A stretch of DNA of 64,000 nucleotides from Gemmatimonadales bacterium (GTDB lineage: Bacteria > Gemmatimonadota > Gemmatimonadetes > Gemmatimonadales > GWC2-71-9), in assembly GCA_041577295.1 (NCBI GenBank), contig JBFGJG010000012.1, forward strand, positions 23,153 to 87,152. Direction: 5' to 3'. The translations under genes were made by a program, and so were the position numbers. The notes beneath the pieces were generated by a model that saw nothing but the letters and a program-made list of their open reading frames with translations, was not told where the DNA came from and did not search any database. Positions 50,954 through 61,300 of the stretch are shown one piece after another. Position 1 is the first letter of the stretch, and every line of letters begins with the position of its first letter.

Positions 50954-51838
50954 TTGCGTTCATTCCTGGCGGAGAGCGCAGCCTCGGTTGGCCGTGTGCT
51001 CGCCACGTGGTCGGCCCGCCTCGAAGCCGAGTTCCCGGGCCCCGTGGGCAAGGCGATGGCCTATAGCCTGGGTGCCGCAGGGAAACGGTTACGCCCAGCA
51101 CTCGTGCTCGCCGTCTATCGGGAGTTGGGTGGGACGGGAGATGCCGCCGAGCTCGCGACGGCCGTCGAGATCGTGCACACCTATTCGCTCGTGCACGACG
51201 ATCTCCCGTGCATGGACGACGACGATCTGCGTCGGGGACGACCAACGACCCATCGCGTCTTCGGCGCATCCGCGGCCATCGAGGCCGGGTTCAGACTGGT
51301 GCCACTGTCGGCTCGAGTCCTCGCCACCGGCGCCCGGCGGCTCGGTCTGTCAGCCGCACGTACCAGCAGCATCGCGATCGAGCTGTATCGGGCTGCAGGC
51401 GCAACGGGCATGATCGGTGGGCAGGTACTCGATCTCGAAGCCGAGGGACATGAGCTCTCCGCCACGATGCTGACGACCATTCATCGGGCGAAGACCGGTG
51501 CGCTCATCGCTGGGAGCGCCGTCATCGGTGCCTTGGCCGCCGGTGGGTCGTCAGAGGTCGTGGCGGCGGTTCGCCGATACGGCGAGGGTGTGGGGCTCGC
51601 CTTCCAGATCGTGGATGACGTGCTGGACCGAACGGCCTCCTCTGCCCAGCTCGGGAAGACGGCCGGCAAGGACGCCGCCAGCCACAAAGCCACCTACGCT
51701 GCGGTCCTCGGCGTGCCTGCGGCTCGCCAGGCGGCCTCGGCACACGCGGCCGATGCGGTAGACCGTTTGGGGGCTGTCGGACTAGATTCCCCCCTGCTAT
51801 CGGCGCTTGCGGAATTCATGTTAGCGCGCCGCTCATAG
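50954..51838 (+). CDS. ispA: Polyprenyl (farnesyl/geranylgeranyl) diphosphate synthase
   Basis: GKRLRP, HDDLPCMDDDDLRRG, KTGAL, FQIVDD. Confidence 0.92.
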   Translation: MRSFLAESAASVGRVLATWSARLEAEFPGPVGKAMAYSLGAAGKRLRPALVLAVYRELGGTGDAAELATAVEIVHTYSLVHDDLPCMDDDDLRRGRPTTHRVFGASAAIEAGFRLVPLSARVLATGARRLGLSAARTSSIAIELYRAAGATGMIGGQVLDLEAEGHELSATMLTTIHRAKTGALIAGSAVIGALAAGGSSEVVAAVRRYGEGVGLAFQIVDDVLDRTASSAQLGKTAGKDAASHKATYAAVLGVPAARQAASAHAADAVDRLGAVGLDSPLLSALAEFMLARRS

Positions 51839-51861
51839 CAGGATCACACGGAGTGCATGCC

Positions 51862-53763
51862 ATGAGTCTTCTGGAGTCCATCCGCTCGCTCGAGGATGTG
51901 AGAGCGCTGCCCCGCAAAGACCTCGCAACGCTGGCCGACGAGGTCCGCGAACGGCTGATTGACGTCGTGTCACAGACCGGTGGGCACATTGGCGCCGGGC
52001 TGGGGGTCGTCGAGTTGACGGTGGCCTTGGCGTACTGCTTCGAATCGCCCCGCGACAAGATCATATGGGACGTCGGGCACCAGGGCTATCCGTGGAAGAT
52101 CCTCACCGGTCGGAACGACCGGTTGCCGACCCTGCGACAGCAAGACGGCCTCTCAGGTTTCCTGCGACGCACCGAGAGCGAGCATGACATTTTCGGGGCG
52201 GGTCACGCCGGTACTGCGATGTCCGCGGCACTGGGGGTCGCCGCCGCGCGAGACATGCAGGGTAAGGACTACCAGGTCGTTGCGGTGGTTGGAGACGGGG
52301 CGCTGACGTGTGGTCTCTCGTACGAAGGCATGAACAACGCCGGCCACTCGGACCGCGATCTCGTCATGGTGCTCAACGACAACGGCATGTCAATCGCACC
52401 AAACGTCGGCGCCATCAGCCGCTACCTCGGTGCGGTGATCGCCAGCCCATTCACCAACCGTATGCGCGAGCACGTGAAGCACATGATCGAGCGTGCCTCT
52501 CACCTGGTCGGGGGGCAGCGGATGGTGGAGTTTGCCAAGACGGTCGAGGAGAGCGTGAAGAACCTGTGGTCGCCGGGCATGCTCTTCGAGGAGCTCGGCT
52601 TCCGGTACTTTGGGCCCATTGACGGACACAACGTCGAGGCCATGGTGCGCACGTTCGAGCTGGTGAAGACACTGAAAGGACCGCGGGTCGTTCACGTCAT
52701 CACGGAAAAGGGAAAAGGGTTCCCTCTCAAGGAACCGGATATCGAAAAGTTTCATGCCCGGAAGCCGTATGATCCGGTTACCGGCGTGTTGCGCCCCGCC
52801 AAGTCCGGTCCACCGGCCTGGACCAAGGTCTTTGGGACCGCCATCACCGAGCTGGCGGCCGAACACCCGGAACTCGTGGCGATCACAGCCGCCATGCCGT
52901 CCGGAACGGGCACCAACATCTTTCAGAAGAAATGGCCAGAGCGTTTCTTCGACGTAGGCATCGCCGAGGGGCACGCGACGACGTTTGCCGCCGGCCTCGC
53001 CACCCAGGGAGTCCGTCCGATCGTGGCGATTTACTCGACGTTTCTTCAGCGGGCGTTCGACAGCGTCGTACACGACGTCGCGATTCAAAAGTTACCAGTG
53101 ATCTTCTGCATGGACCGCGCGGGGATGGTGGGCGCCGACGGGCAGACCCATATGGGTCTTTACGACATCGCGTACATGCTTGCGGTGCCGAACATGACAG
53201 TTGCCGCACCGCGCGATGGTGCGGAGCTGATTGGATTGTTGCGATGCGCCCTGGCCCACCACGACGGACCGTTCTGCCTGCGCTATCCGCGTGACAACGC
53301 TCCTGGTGCGGTACCGCCTGCGCCTGAAGTCGCCACGGTCCCCTACGGCAGTTGGGAGGTCCTGCGGGAAGGACGGGACTGCGCCATCCTCTCAGTGGGC
53401 GTGATGTGCGACCCGGCTTTGGAGGCGGCGAAGCTCCTCGCCACGGATGGGATGGATGTGTCCGTGGTGAACTGCCGTTTCCTCAAGCCATTCGACCGGT
53501 CCATGCTGGAGTCTTTGGCGGCGCATCATCGGCTGCTCGTCACCGTCGAGGACGGCACCATGGTGAACGGCTTTGGGGCGCTCATAGCCGCGACGGTAGA
53601 CACGATTGCCCCTGATACGCGTGTTGCGGTGCTCGGTGCCCCAGATCGCACTTATGAGCACGCTCCACGAGCGCGCCAACTCGAGCAGGTTGGACTCACT
53701 GGACCCGGCATCGCCGAGCGGGTCCGTGCCTGGGCTGCCGAGGAATCCCTCACGGCCAGATGA
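51862..53763 (+). CDS. dxs: 1-deoxy-D-xylulose-5-phosphate synthase
   Basis: WDVGHQ, GDGALT..NDN, GPIDGH, GIAE, YSTFLQRAFD, RYPR. Confidence 0.97.
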   Translation: MSLLESIRSLEDVRALPRKDLATLADEVRERLIDVVSQTGGHIGAGLGVVELTVALAYCFESPRDKIIWDVGHQGYPWKILTGRNDRLPTLRQQDGLSGFLRRTESEHDIFGAGHAGTAMSAALGVAAARDMQGKDYQVVAVVGDGALTCGLSYEGMNNAGHSDRDLVMVLNDNGMSIAPNVGAISRYLGAVIASPFTNRMREHVKHMIERASHLVGGQRMVEFAKTVEESVKNLWSPGMLFEELGFRYFGPIDGHNVEAMVRTFELVKTLKGPRVVHVITEKGKGFPLKEPDIEKFHARKPYDPVTGVLRPAKSGPPAWTKVFGTAITELAAEHPELVAITAAMPSGTGTNIFQKKWPERFFDVGIAEGHATTFAAGLATQGVRPIVAIYSTFLQRAFDSVVHDVAIQKLPVIFCMDRAGMVGADGQTHMGLYDIAYMLAVPNMTVAAPRDGAELIGLLRCALAHHDGPFCLRYPRDNAPGAVPPAPEVATVPYGSWEVLREGRDCAILSVGVMCDPALEAAKLLATDGMDVSVVNCRFLKPFDRSMLESLAAHHRLLVTVEDGTMVNGFGALIAATVDTIAPDTRVAVLGAPDRTYEHAPRARQLEQVGLTGPGIAERVRAWAAEESLTAR

Positions 53764-54635
53764 AAGCTGTCGGCGTCGTCGGGAACCCGCGGTACGCCGA
53801 ACTCCGCGGGCTTCTCGCGCGGCTCGCCGCTCAGGCTCCACGTCACGAGTTCGCGCTGTACGCCGAGCCGGAACTCGCAAACCTCTGGCCCGAGCCCGTT
53901 GCACCGCTCACACCGAACGGTGCCACCCTCGATTTGCTGATCACGCTGGGTGGTGACGGGACCCTCCTCCGCGGAGCCCGGCTCCTCGAAGCGCGTCCCG
54001 TACCCATCTTGGGTATCAACCTCGGCCGTGTGGGATTCCTGACCACAGCGACACCCGACACAATGGAAGCGGCGCTGAAAGCGGTCGCGAGCGGGGATTT
54101 TGTCCTCGAGACGCGACAAACCCTCGAGACACGCATCGTTACTCCTTCAAGGAAAGAACGTCACGGGCAGCTCGCGCTCAACGACGTGGTCATTCACAAA
54201 GCGGGTGTCGCTCGGGTCATCGCCCTCAAGGTGTTCGTCGACCGCGAAGAGGTGAGCCAGTACAGTGCGGACGGGATCATCGTGGCGACCCCTACCGGCT
54301 CCACCGCGTATTCGTTGAGCGCCGGTGGGCCCGTGGTCGTTCCAGGGGTCGATGCGCTGGTCATCACCGCGATCTGTCCACACACGCTCGCGGTGAGACC
54401 TATCGTGGTCCCGGGGAATGCCGAGATCCAGGTCGAGGTCCTCCCGCCATGGCACGACGAAGTGCTCGTCTCGTACGACGGTCAGGTCGGTGCAAGTCTG
54501 GCGTTTGGTGAGGTGGTCTTCGTGCGCCGCGCGACGACGGCCGTTCGTTTGATACGTGTTGGAAAAGAAGGGTTCTTCGCCCGAATGCGGCACAAGCTAC
54601 ATTGGGGCGATCTGAGCGACAGAGAGCGTTCGTAG
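53760..54635 (+). CDS. nadK: NAD+ kinase
   Basis: GGDGT, LND, DGIIVATPTGSTAYSLSAGGP. Confidence 0.96.
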   Translation: MKAVGVVGNPRYAELRGLLARLAAQAPRHEFALYAEPELANLWPEPVAPLTPNGATLDLLITLGGDGTLLRGARLLEARPVPILGINLGRVGFLTTATPDTMEAALKAVASGDFVLETRQTLETRIVTPSRKERHGQLALNDVVIHKAGVARVIALKVFVDREEVSQYSADGIIVATPTGSTAYSLSAGGPVVVPGVDALVITAICPHTLAVRPIVVPGNAEIQVEVLPPWHDEVLVSYDGQVGASLAFGEVVFVRRATTAVRLIRVGKEGFFARMRHKLHWGDLSDRERS

Positions 54636-54636
54636 G

Positions 54637-56316
54637 ATGTTGAGCGAGCTACGCGTTCGGGATCTCGCAGTGATCGCGGACGTGAGCCTTCCCTTGAAAC
54701 CCGGCCTGAACGTGCTCACCGGTGAAACGGGGGCCGGCAAGTCGATGCTCGTCGACGCGCTCGCGCTCTTGTTAGGCGAGCGGGCGAGCGCCGACCTCGT
54801 GCGGCCCGGTGCTCGCCGGGCCATCGTCGAAGCGGCGTTTGATGTGGCAGACGATGAGGCACTTGCGGCGCTTGCGGACGAGCTGGGCGTGGACCTCGAT
54901 GATGATCGGCTGGTCGTCCGCCGCGAGATCAGCGCGCAGGGCCGCAACCGTGCCTGGGCCAATGGGAGTCCCACCACCGTTACCGTGCTAGCGGCGTTGG
55001 GGGAGCGTCTGGTTGACCTCCACGGGCAGCATGAGGCGCAGTCCCTACTTCGGCCATCCGCACAGCGCGACCTGCTCGACGCATTCGGGGACTGCCAGGG
55101 AGAACGGCAAGCGGTGGATTCGGCGTTTAACGCGGCCACGGTGCTCCGGGAGGAAGAATCCCAGCTCGTCACCAAACGCGACGACGTGCGCCGCCGAGCC
55201 GACTACCTGCAACACGTCGTCCAGGAAATCGAGGCGGCGCGACCCACGCTTGGGGAGGACGAAACGCTCGCGGTGGAGGCGCAGCGACTCGGGAACGTCG
55301 AAGATTTGACGAGGCTTGCCGAACAGCTTTCCGAGATCCTCGACGGCGACGCAGAGGTCACGGCACGGTCGGCGCTCGGCGCTGCACAAAAAACGTTGAA
55401 CCAACTGGCGCGTATCGACGGGAGCGTGAATCGCTGGCGTGAGCTATTGGACTCCGCAGATGCGAGCCTCGATGAGTTGATACTCGCGGTTGGCGAGTAC
55501 GTCGCCGACATCGAACACGATCCCGACCGGCTCGCACAGGTCGAGCGTCGTCGCGATGTCCTCTACCGTCTGATACAAAAGTACGGTCCGACCGTTCAGG
55601 ATGTGCTCGACACGCTCACCCGAGCCCGCCGGGAGCTCGATCTTCTCGATACGGCGGATCTCGACTTGGCCCAACTGAGTGAGCGCCGAGCTAACGCGGA
55701 TGCCGCGTTGGAGCGTGCGGCGGGCGCACTGAGCACCAAACGACGCCGCGCGGCCGGCAGGCTTGGTAAAGCGGTTCAGCAATTCTTACCAGGATTGGGA
55801 ATGCCCAACGGCCGGGTCATCGTGGACGTTCGCCAGGCACCGCGTATCAGCCCGGCGGGGGCGGATACGGTCACGTTTCTCGTGCAGTTGAATCCGGGGC
55901 TCGATGCCCGTCCGCTGGCACAGGTGGCGAGCGGTGGAGAGCTGTCACGTCTGATGCTTGCCCTCAAGGTCGTGCTCAGCCAGCACGACATGATCCCAAC
56001 CCTCGTATTCGATGAGGTCGATCAGGGCGTCGGAGCGGAGGTGGGGTCCCGCGTCGCCGATGCGCTCGCCAAGGTAGGGAGCACCAAGCAGGTCTTGGTG
56101 ATCACCCACCTACCTCAGATCGCGGCGCGGGCCGAGCACCACGTGGTGGTGAGCAAGCGAGCCCGCGGTGGCATCGCCACGGCGGATGTGCGGGTCTTGA
56201 CTCCCGAATCCCGTCTCGAAGAGGTCGCACGCATGCTCGGCGACGCAAGCGACCCGGTGGTGCAACGGCATGCAGAGGAGTTGCTGCGAAAGACCGAGAT
56301 GGCCGTACGGAAATAG
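54637..56316 (+). CDS. recN: DNA repair protein RecN
   Basis: TGETGAGKS, HGQH, ASGGELSR, FDEVD, ITHLPQIAA. Confidence 0.97.
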   Translation: MLSELRVRDLAVIADVSLPLKPGLNVLTGETGAGKSMLVDALALLLGERASADLVRPGARRAIVEAAFDVADDEALAALADELGVDLDDDRLVVRREISAQGRNRAWANGSPTTVTVLAALGERLVDLHGQHEAQSLLRPSAQRDLLDAFGDCQGERQAVDSAFNAATVLREEESQLVTKRDDVRRRADYLQHVVQEIEAARPTLGEDETLAVEAQRLGNVEDLTRLAEQLSEILDGDAEVTARSALGAAQKTLNQLARIDGSVNRWRELLDSADASLDELILAVGEYVADIEHDPDRLAQVERRRDVLYRLIQKYGPTVQDVLDTLTRARRELDLLDTADLDLAQLSERRANADAALERAAGALSTKRRRAAGRLGKAVQQFLPGLGMPNGRVIVDVRQAPRISPAGADTVTFLVQLNPGLDARPLAQVASGGELSRLMLALKVVLSQHDMIPTLVFDEVDQGVGAEVGSRVADALAKVGSTKQVLVITHLPQIAARAEHHVVVSKRARGGIATADVRVLTPESRLEEVARMLGDASDPVVQRHAEELLRKTEMAVRK

Positions 56317-56419
56317 AGCAGGGAGAGGCAGGGGATGCCAGAAGATAAGCGCGGATCCGCGAGAATAGCGGGATGGGCGGAACCGTTGCTAGCCCGCTCC
56401 CAAACTCACCAGACTCTAC

Positions 56420-58087
56420 TCACAGTCTCTCCCCCCATAAGCGCCAATAGAGCCTCAAAAAGAAGTGCAGCCGTGTCGGATTCGGTGTCAGTCCACCCTT
56501 GCCGTCGAATGCGGTGCGGTAGTCGATGCCGGCTTCGACGGGCAGTCGCGGGCGTCCCGCGCGATCTTCAGCGGATCGAAAGTAGATTCCACCCCCGAGG
56601 GTCAGGAGCTGCATGTCGGACTCCTCCTCGAGCGCCGCTGGAGGCTCGGCACCGGGAATGTCGCCGATGTCGCCGCCGGCTAACGTGACCGCGTCGCGGA
56701 ACTTGCGAAAGTACGTGCCGGAGAGGTACACGCGAATCGCTCGATTCAGGCGAATCGACGGGTGGGCGCTGACCTCGAGGATATCGCCGAGATTGCGTTG
56801 CACCAGCGTCTCGGCCGCTTCCAGCGCGATGGGGCGTTCGGGTACGGTCAAGCGCCGGCGTAACTGGTGGCTGAGCTGCATCGTGTAGGAACCGGAGAGG
56901 CCCAAGGCAACCCCCTCTCCAGGCTCCAGCGCGGCGTCCAGGCCCGCAATGAGATCAGTTTGTTTGTCACCGGTGCCGAGGTCGGTGAAGTGCGACGGGA
57001 GGTCCACTTTCCCCGTTGGCAACCGCACCTTGGTTGACAGGACAACGCGCGCGCCCGTCGATTGCACCAAACCCCAGCGCAGTCCCACTTCCGCATCGCC
57101 GAGGGTATTCCTCCGCTTGGCGAACGCCAGAGGTGACGCGTTGTACCCGAACGATGGCTCGGTAAGGACCGTATTGATTGCTTCCGCCGTGAGAGCTTCG
57201 CTCGGGAGGGGTAGTGTCACGGTAAACGCGCCGCTCCCGAAAGACTGAAGCTCCAAGTTGATCGCCTCGATTTGCGCAAGGATCCCCATGCCCGCTGCGG
57301 AGCTGGCAAGGGGGGCAAACGGGGGCAAGGGAGATTCGCCACCGACGCCGCTCAGCGACCGCAGGTTGCTTGCAAGAGTTCGGGCCCTCAGCACGGCATC
57401 TCGTGCCTGATCGCACATCGCGCTCGATGGACACCCAAAGGAGCCCTGTGCGATTTCAGCCTCCACTGCGAGCGCAGCAGCCTCGATCTCGTCGAGGAGC
57501 TGCTGGATCTGCGACAGTCCCGCTGCGTTACCGGATGGTAACGCCGCCTGATTCCATCCTACGTTGGCAGCCGCGGCATCCAGCGTGAAGTCCACCTGCA
57601 TTCGTGTGGTGACGATAGGGAGAACCGCCGTGAACGTCACGCGACTGCTCAGGCCCACGCCGATGTGAAACGGAAAACGCCGAATGTCGGCATCCAACTT
57701 GGTCACGGCCGCGCCGGCGGTCATGCGGTAGGTCGCATCGTCGAGGATGGAGCGCACCGCGAGCTGGGGTGCGAGGAGTGTCGGGAGAAAGTTCGGTCCC
57801 AACGAATCCGTCGTGAGATCGGTGCCAAGCGGTTCCTGCTCCCCGTCAGGGCCGAACCGCGTGTCGTACTGGATCAACTCCGGTTCGAAGCTCACCATCA
57901 GCGCGCCACGTGGCAGCACGTAGGTATTGGGGTACTGGGCCGCCACGGTGCACGGGGCAAGCGTGCCCGACAACACCAGCAGCCCGAGCGCGGTGCTGCG
58001 AATGCGTTCGCTCGTCCGTGCCCGCGACACGAAAAGCCGAAGGCCCACCGTAGCGGGCCTCCCACCGCAAGCGCCAGGGCGGTTCAC
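56420..58087 (-). CDS. Hypothetical secreted / outer-membrane beta-barrel-like protein
   Basis: Signal-peptide-like ALGLLVLSGTLAPCTVAAQ, alternating beta-strand patterns, GDAEVG..LPTG..LGTG motif and aromatic C-terminal strand. The true start is probably downstream of 58087. Confidence 0.65.
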   Translation of the reverse strand: MNRPGACGGRPATVGLRLFVSRARTSERIRSTALGLLVLSGTLAPCTVAAQYPNTYVLPRGALMVSFEPELIQYDTRFGPDGEQEPLGTDLTTDSLGPNFLPTLLAPQLAVRSILDDATYRMTAGAAVTKLDADIRRFPFHIGVGLSSRVTFTAVLPIVTTRMQVDFTLDAAAANVGWNQAALPSGNAAGLSQIQQLLDEIEAAALAVEAEIAQGSFGCPSSAMCDQARDAVLRARTLASNLRSLSGVGGESPLPPFAPLASSAAGMGILAQIEAINLELQSFGSGAFTVTLPLPSEALTAEAINTVLTEPSFGYNASPLAFAKRRNTLGDAEVGLRWGLVQSTGARVVLSTKVRLPTGKVDLPSHFTDLGTGDKQTDLIAGLDAALEPGEGVALGLSGSYTMQLSHQLRRRLTVPERPIALEAAETLVQRNLGDILEVSAHPSIRLNRAIRVYLSGTYFRKFRDAVTLAGGDIGDIPGAEPPAALEEESDMQLLTLGGGIYFRSAEDRAGRPRLPVEAGIDYRTAFDGKGGLTPNPTRLHFFLRLYWRLWGERL

Positions 58088-58383
58088 GACGTACCGCTGT
58101 TAGGTGGGATCACGACGTCATCCATGAGAGCAGTGCGTGCATTGGCGATCTTGGCGGTCCCGCTGCCGTAGCGCCTACCAGGCTACACGGAAGGCGACGT
58201 GGTGTCAACGAACCGATGGGTTCCCGATGCATTGGTTTGGGGGTAACTTATCCGGCCCCGGTCGCCAAACCGACCGGTGGTTCATGGCGTCATCGTGATC
58301 GCGGTCGGCGGAATGCGCCCACCACCTGCCCGCGAGCCAGATCTGCCCCTGGCAGCGTCTGGTGCCTTCTCCCACAACGCTGA

Positions 58384-61300
58384 ATGACTGGACTTCGCGC
58401 CCCATCAGTCCAACCGTTCGAGTCCGCGCCCGGCGCCCTTCCGCGCCCGCACGGTCGTCTCCCTGTTACCCCAACCACATTACTCGTCGTGAGCGATCTC
58501 CACCTCGGGGAGGGAAGGGATCACCACACGGGCAGGTACCGGCGCAGTGAGCATTTTTTTGGCGACGGGGCGTTCGCGCGGTTTCTCCGTTACCACGATC
58601 CGGCGCGAACCGGGCCGGCCGGGCTCATCCTCAACGGCGACACCTTCGACTTTGGAACTATCACGTCGTGTCCAGATGATGAACACGAAATTCGCGAATG
58701 GGGCTGCTACCTCTCCGATTTGGGCGTTAAGAAGACGCGGGGTGAGCTAGCCGGGGCGATTCATCGAGACGAGCGGCGCTTTGGGCTGCGAACCAACGAC
58801 TACAAGGCCGTTTGGAAGGTGAGGCAGATCAGCCGGGGGCACCACGAGTTCTTTGACGCACTCGGCTGGTGGGTCGAGCGAGGCGGCTTGGTCATCTTCG
58901 TTAAGGGATGTCACGATCTCGAGCTACATTGGCCGCTCGTCCAGAGGGCGGTTCGTCGAGAGATCGGCCGGTCGCATCCCGAGGCGGATGTGGAACGTCT
59001 CGTCACCTTCGAGGAGACAACGCTCCAGATCCTGAACGTGTCCGTGGAGCACGGTCACCGCTTGGAAGGCGCCAGCCGCGTAGAGGGGAGCGCCACAGCC
59101 GAAGGCGACCGTGAATTGAAGCTCCCCCTGTCAGCGCTCATCCATCGCCGCCTCGTCAATACATTGGCCGAGCTCGAGCCCTTTGGTGCGAGCGGCGAGC
59201 CGTTACACCAGTTGCTCTGGACCGTGGCCCGCCGGCATCCCCTGCGGACCGTGTCGCTCCTCCGTCACACTTTGCCGACCTTGGCGCAGGCCTTTCGCGA
59301 GCGGCTGCGGGGCACGGGTGATCTCGCGCTTTTCGTAATGGGGATCTCTCTACCGTGGCTGGCGTTAAGTGTGATCCTCGTGGTTCTCGGATGGTTCCTG
59401 CTGCAAGGACAGCTCGCTGCGGCGCCGCTCGATGTGCTGCTCGTAGCGGCCGCGCTCGGGATCGGCGGACCGTATCTCGTTGGCTTCTGCCGTTCGCGCT
59501 GGCCGCAACCCACAGCGACAATCGGTGAGAATCGACTCGCGCAACGCACGTACGGCGCGTTGCACCGCGCGGACTATCCACCGGGCGTTGGTCGGGTCTA
59601 CGGTGTGCTCGGTCACACGCATCAGCCAGATGTTCAGCGGCTCCCACCGTTTGGAACCACCGAGGTCATCTACGTGAATTCTGGTAGCTGGACGCCGCGG
59701 TGGCGACCCAACAGGACGGATATCTCGGGCCGAGTACGCTACACGTTCCTTCGCTTCAATCGCTCCGCCGAAAACGAGTACGCTCTCAACTACCTCGAGT
59801 GGGACGATGAGCGTAACGAGCCGGTGGCCACAACGATCCTCGAGCCCCGTACAGCGCTAGCCCGGAAGCAGTTTCTTTCGGAGCGCGAGCGTAAGACGGT
59901 TGAAGCGTTCACCGAGCTCTTCATCGAGGGCCAGCATGCCGTTTCGTCTCCGAGCGAGATCGCGGCGATCGTCGACAAGGCTCTGAAACGGTTTCAGACG
60001 CGGAGGACCCGTCGGCTACGGCTCACCTTGTTCGTGGTGGAGTATTTGCTGCCCCAGCCGTCGCTCAACGGCTTTTCGAATCTCGGACTGGGTCGTCGGC
60101 GTCGGGTGACGGAGCGCGTGCTTGGCAGAGGGCGAACCACGTTTTGGACGCGCGAGCTTGCCCGACTCCGCGATCTGTTTCTCTCGACCTACTACAGCGA
60201 TTCGCGCGTCCAGCAAAGCATTGGATACGTCCCGGTCTCGCGACGTGGACGGGATGACCGGATCAGCGGACGACCTACTGGCCGCCGGCTCAAGCTCGCG
60301 GACCCGCCCGGGATTCACATGAGCTGCGACATCTGCGTCATCGGCTCGGGAGCGGCCGGTGCAGTCGTGGCGGGGCGGGCGGCCGCATCCGGGCGCGACG
60401 TCGTCTTGCTCGAGGATGGACTCTACGTTCACAGCAGCGAGATCACACATGACGAGATGGCGATGCGTGCCGCGCTGTACAAGGACGGCGCTGTCCAGCG
60501 TACAGTCGATATCGGCAACGCCATCCTCCAGGGTTGTACGCTGGGCGGATCGTCGACCGTTAGCAACGCCATATGCTTTCGGCTTTTGGACGATCCCGAT
60601 CTCCGCCGGCCGGCGGGACCGCACACACTCGATACGTGGCAGGGTCTGGGCGCCCAAATCGACCGCACGATCCTAGGGGCGGCGTTCGATCGGATCGAGA
60701 CGCGGTTCGGTGTGGAGCGCATTCCCGAGGAGTTGGCCGGCGAGAATGCGCGCCTCCTGTTGGACGGGTGGCAGCGCCTCCTCGATCTGGGCCTCGGCGA
60801 TCGCACCTACACGGCGAATCGCTTTCGCAAGGCGTATCGGGAGTGTATCGGTTGCGGATACTGTGCCTTTGGGTGTGGGCACGAACGGAAGCTGTCAGCG
60901 CTCGAGACGTTCGTCACCGAGGGTATCGCCCACGGTGCGCGGGTCATCTCTCACTGTCGCGCGATGGCGATCGATACCAGCGGCCGCAACGCGACGAGCG
61001 TCGTTTGTCTGCTAGGAGATGGCCGCCGCCTTCGCGTCCGCGCGCAAAAGATCGTCGTGGCGTGCGGGGCGATCGCGTCGAGCGTGCTGCTGCGTAATAG
61101 CGGCATACGCTCCAACGTCGGCTCGCGAGTTTCCGTCAATCCCTCCGTCTCGGTATTTGCTCGCTTCCCTCGAACGGTCGACGCATTTGACGGAGTGGCA
61201 CTCGGCGCGTTTGTCGACACGGGAGAAAACCTGCTTCAGTCCGCCTTTGCTCCACCGGCGACACTAGCCGCGGAGATGCCTGGGTGGTTCGGGACGCATT

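Noticed and set aside
49563..56316. xseA-xseB-ispA-dxs-nadK-recN cluster lacking tlyA/argR
   Set aside because: A widespread conserved cluster with routinely variable members.
58124..58246. Short ORF MRAVRALAILAVPLP* with in-frame continuation after TAG (possible readthrough or gene remnant)
   Set aside because: Too short, no recognisable homology, and no evidence for recoding.
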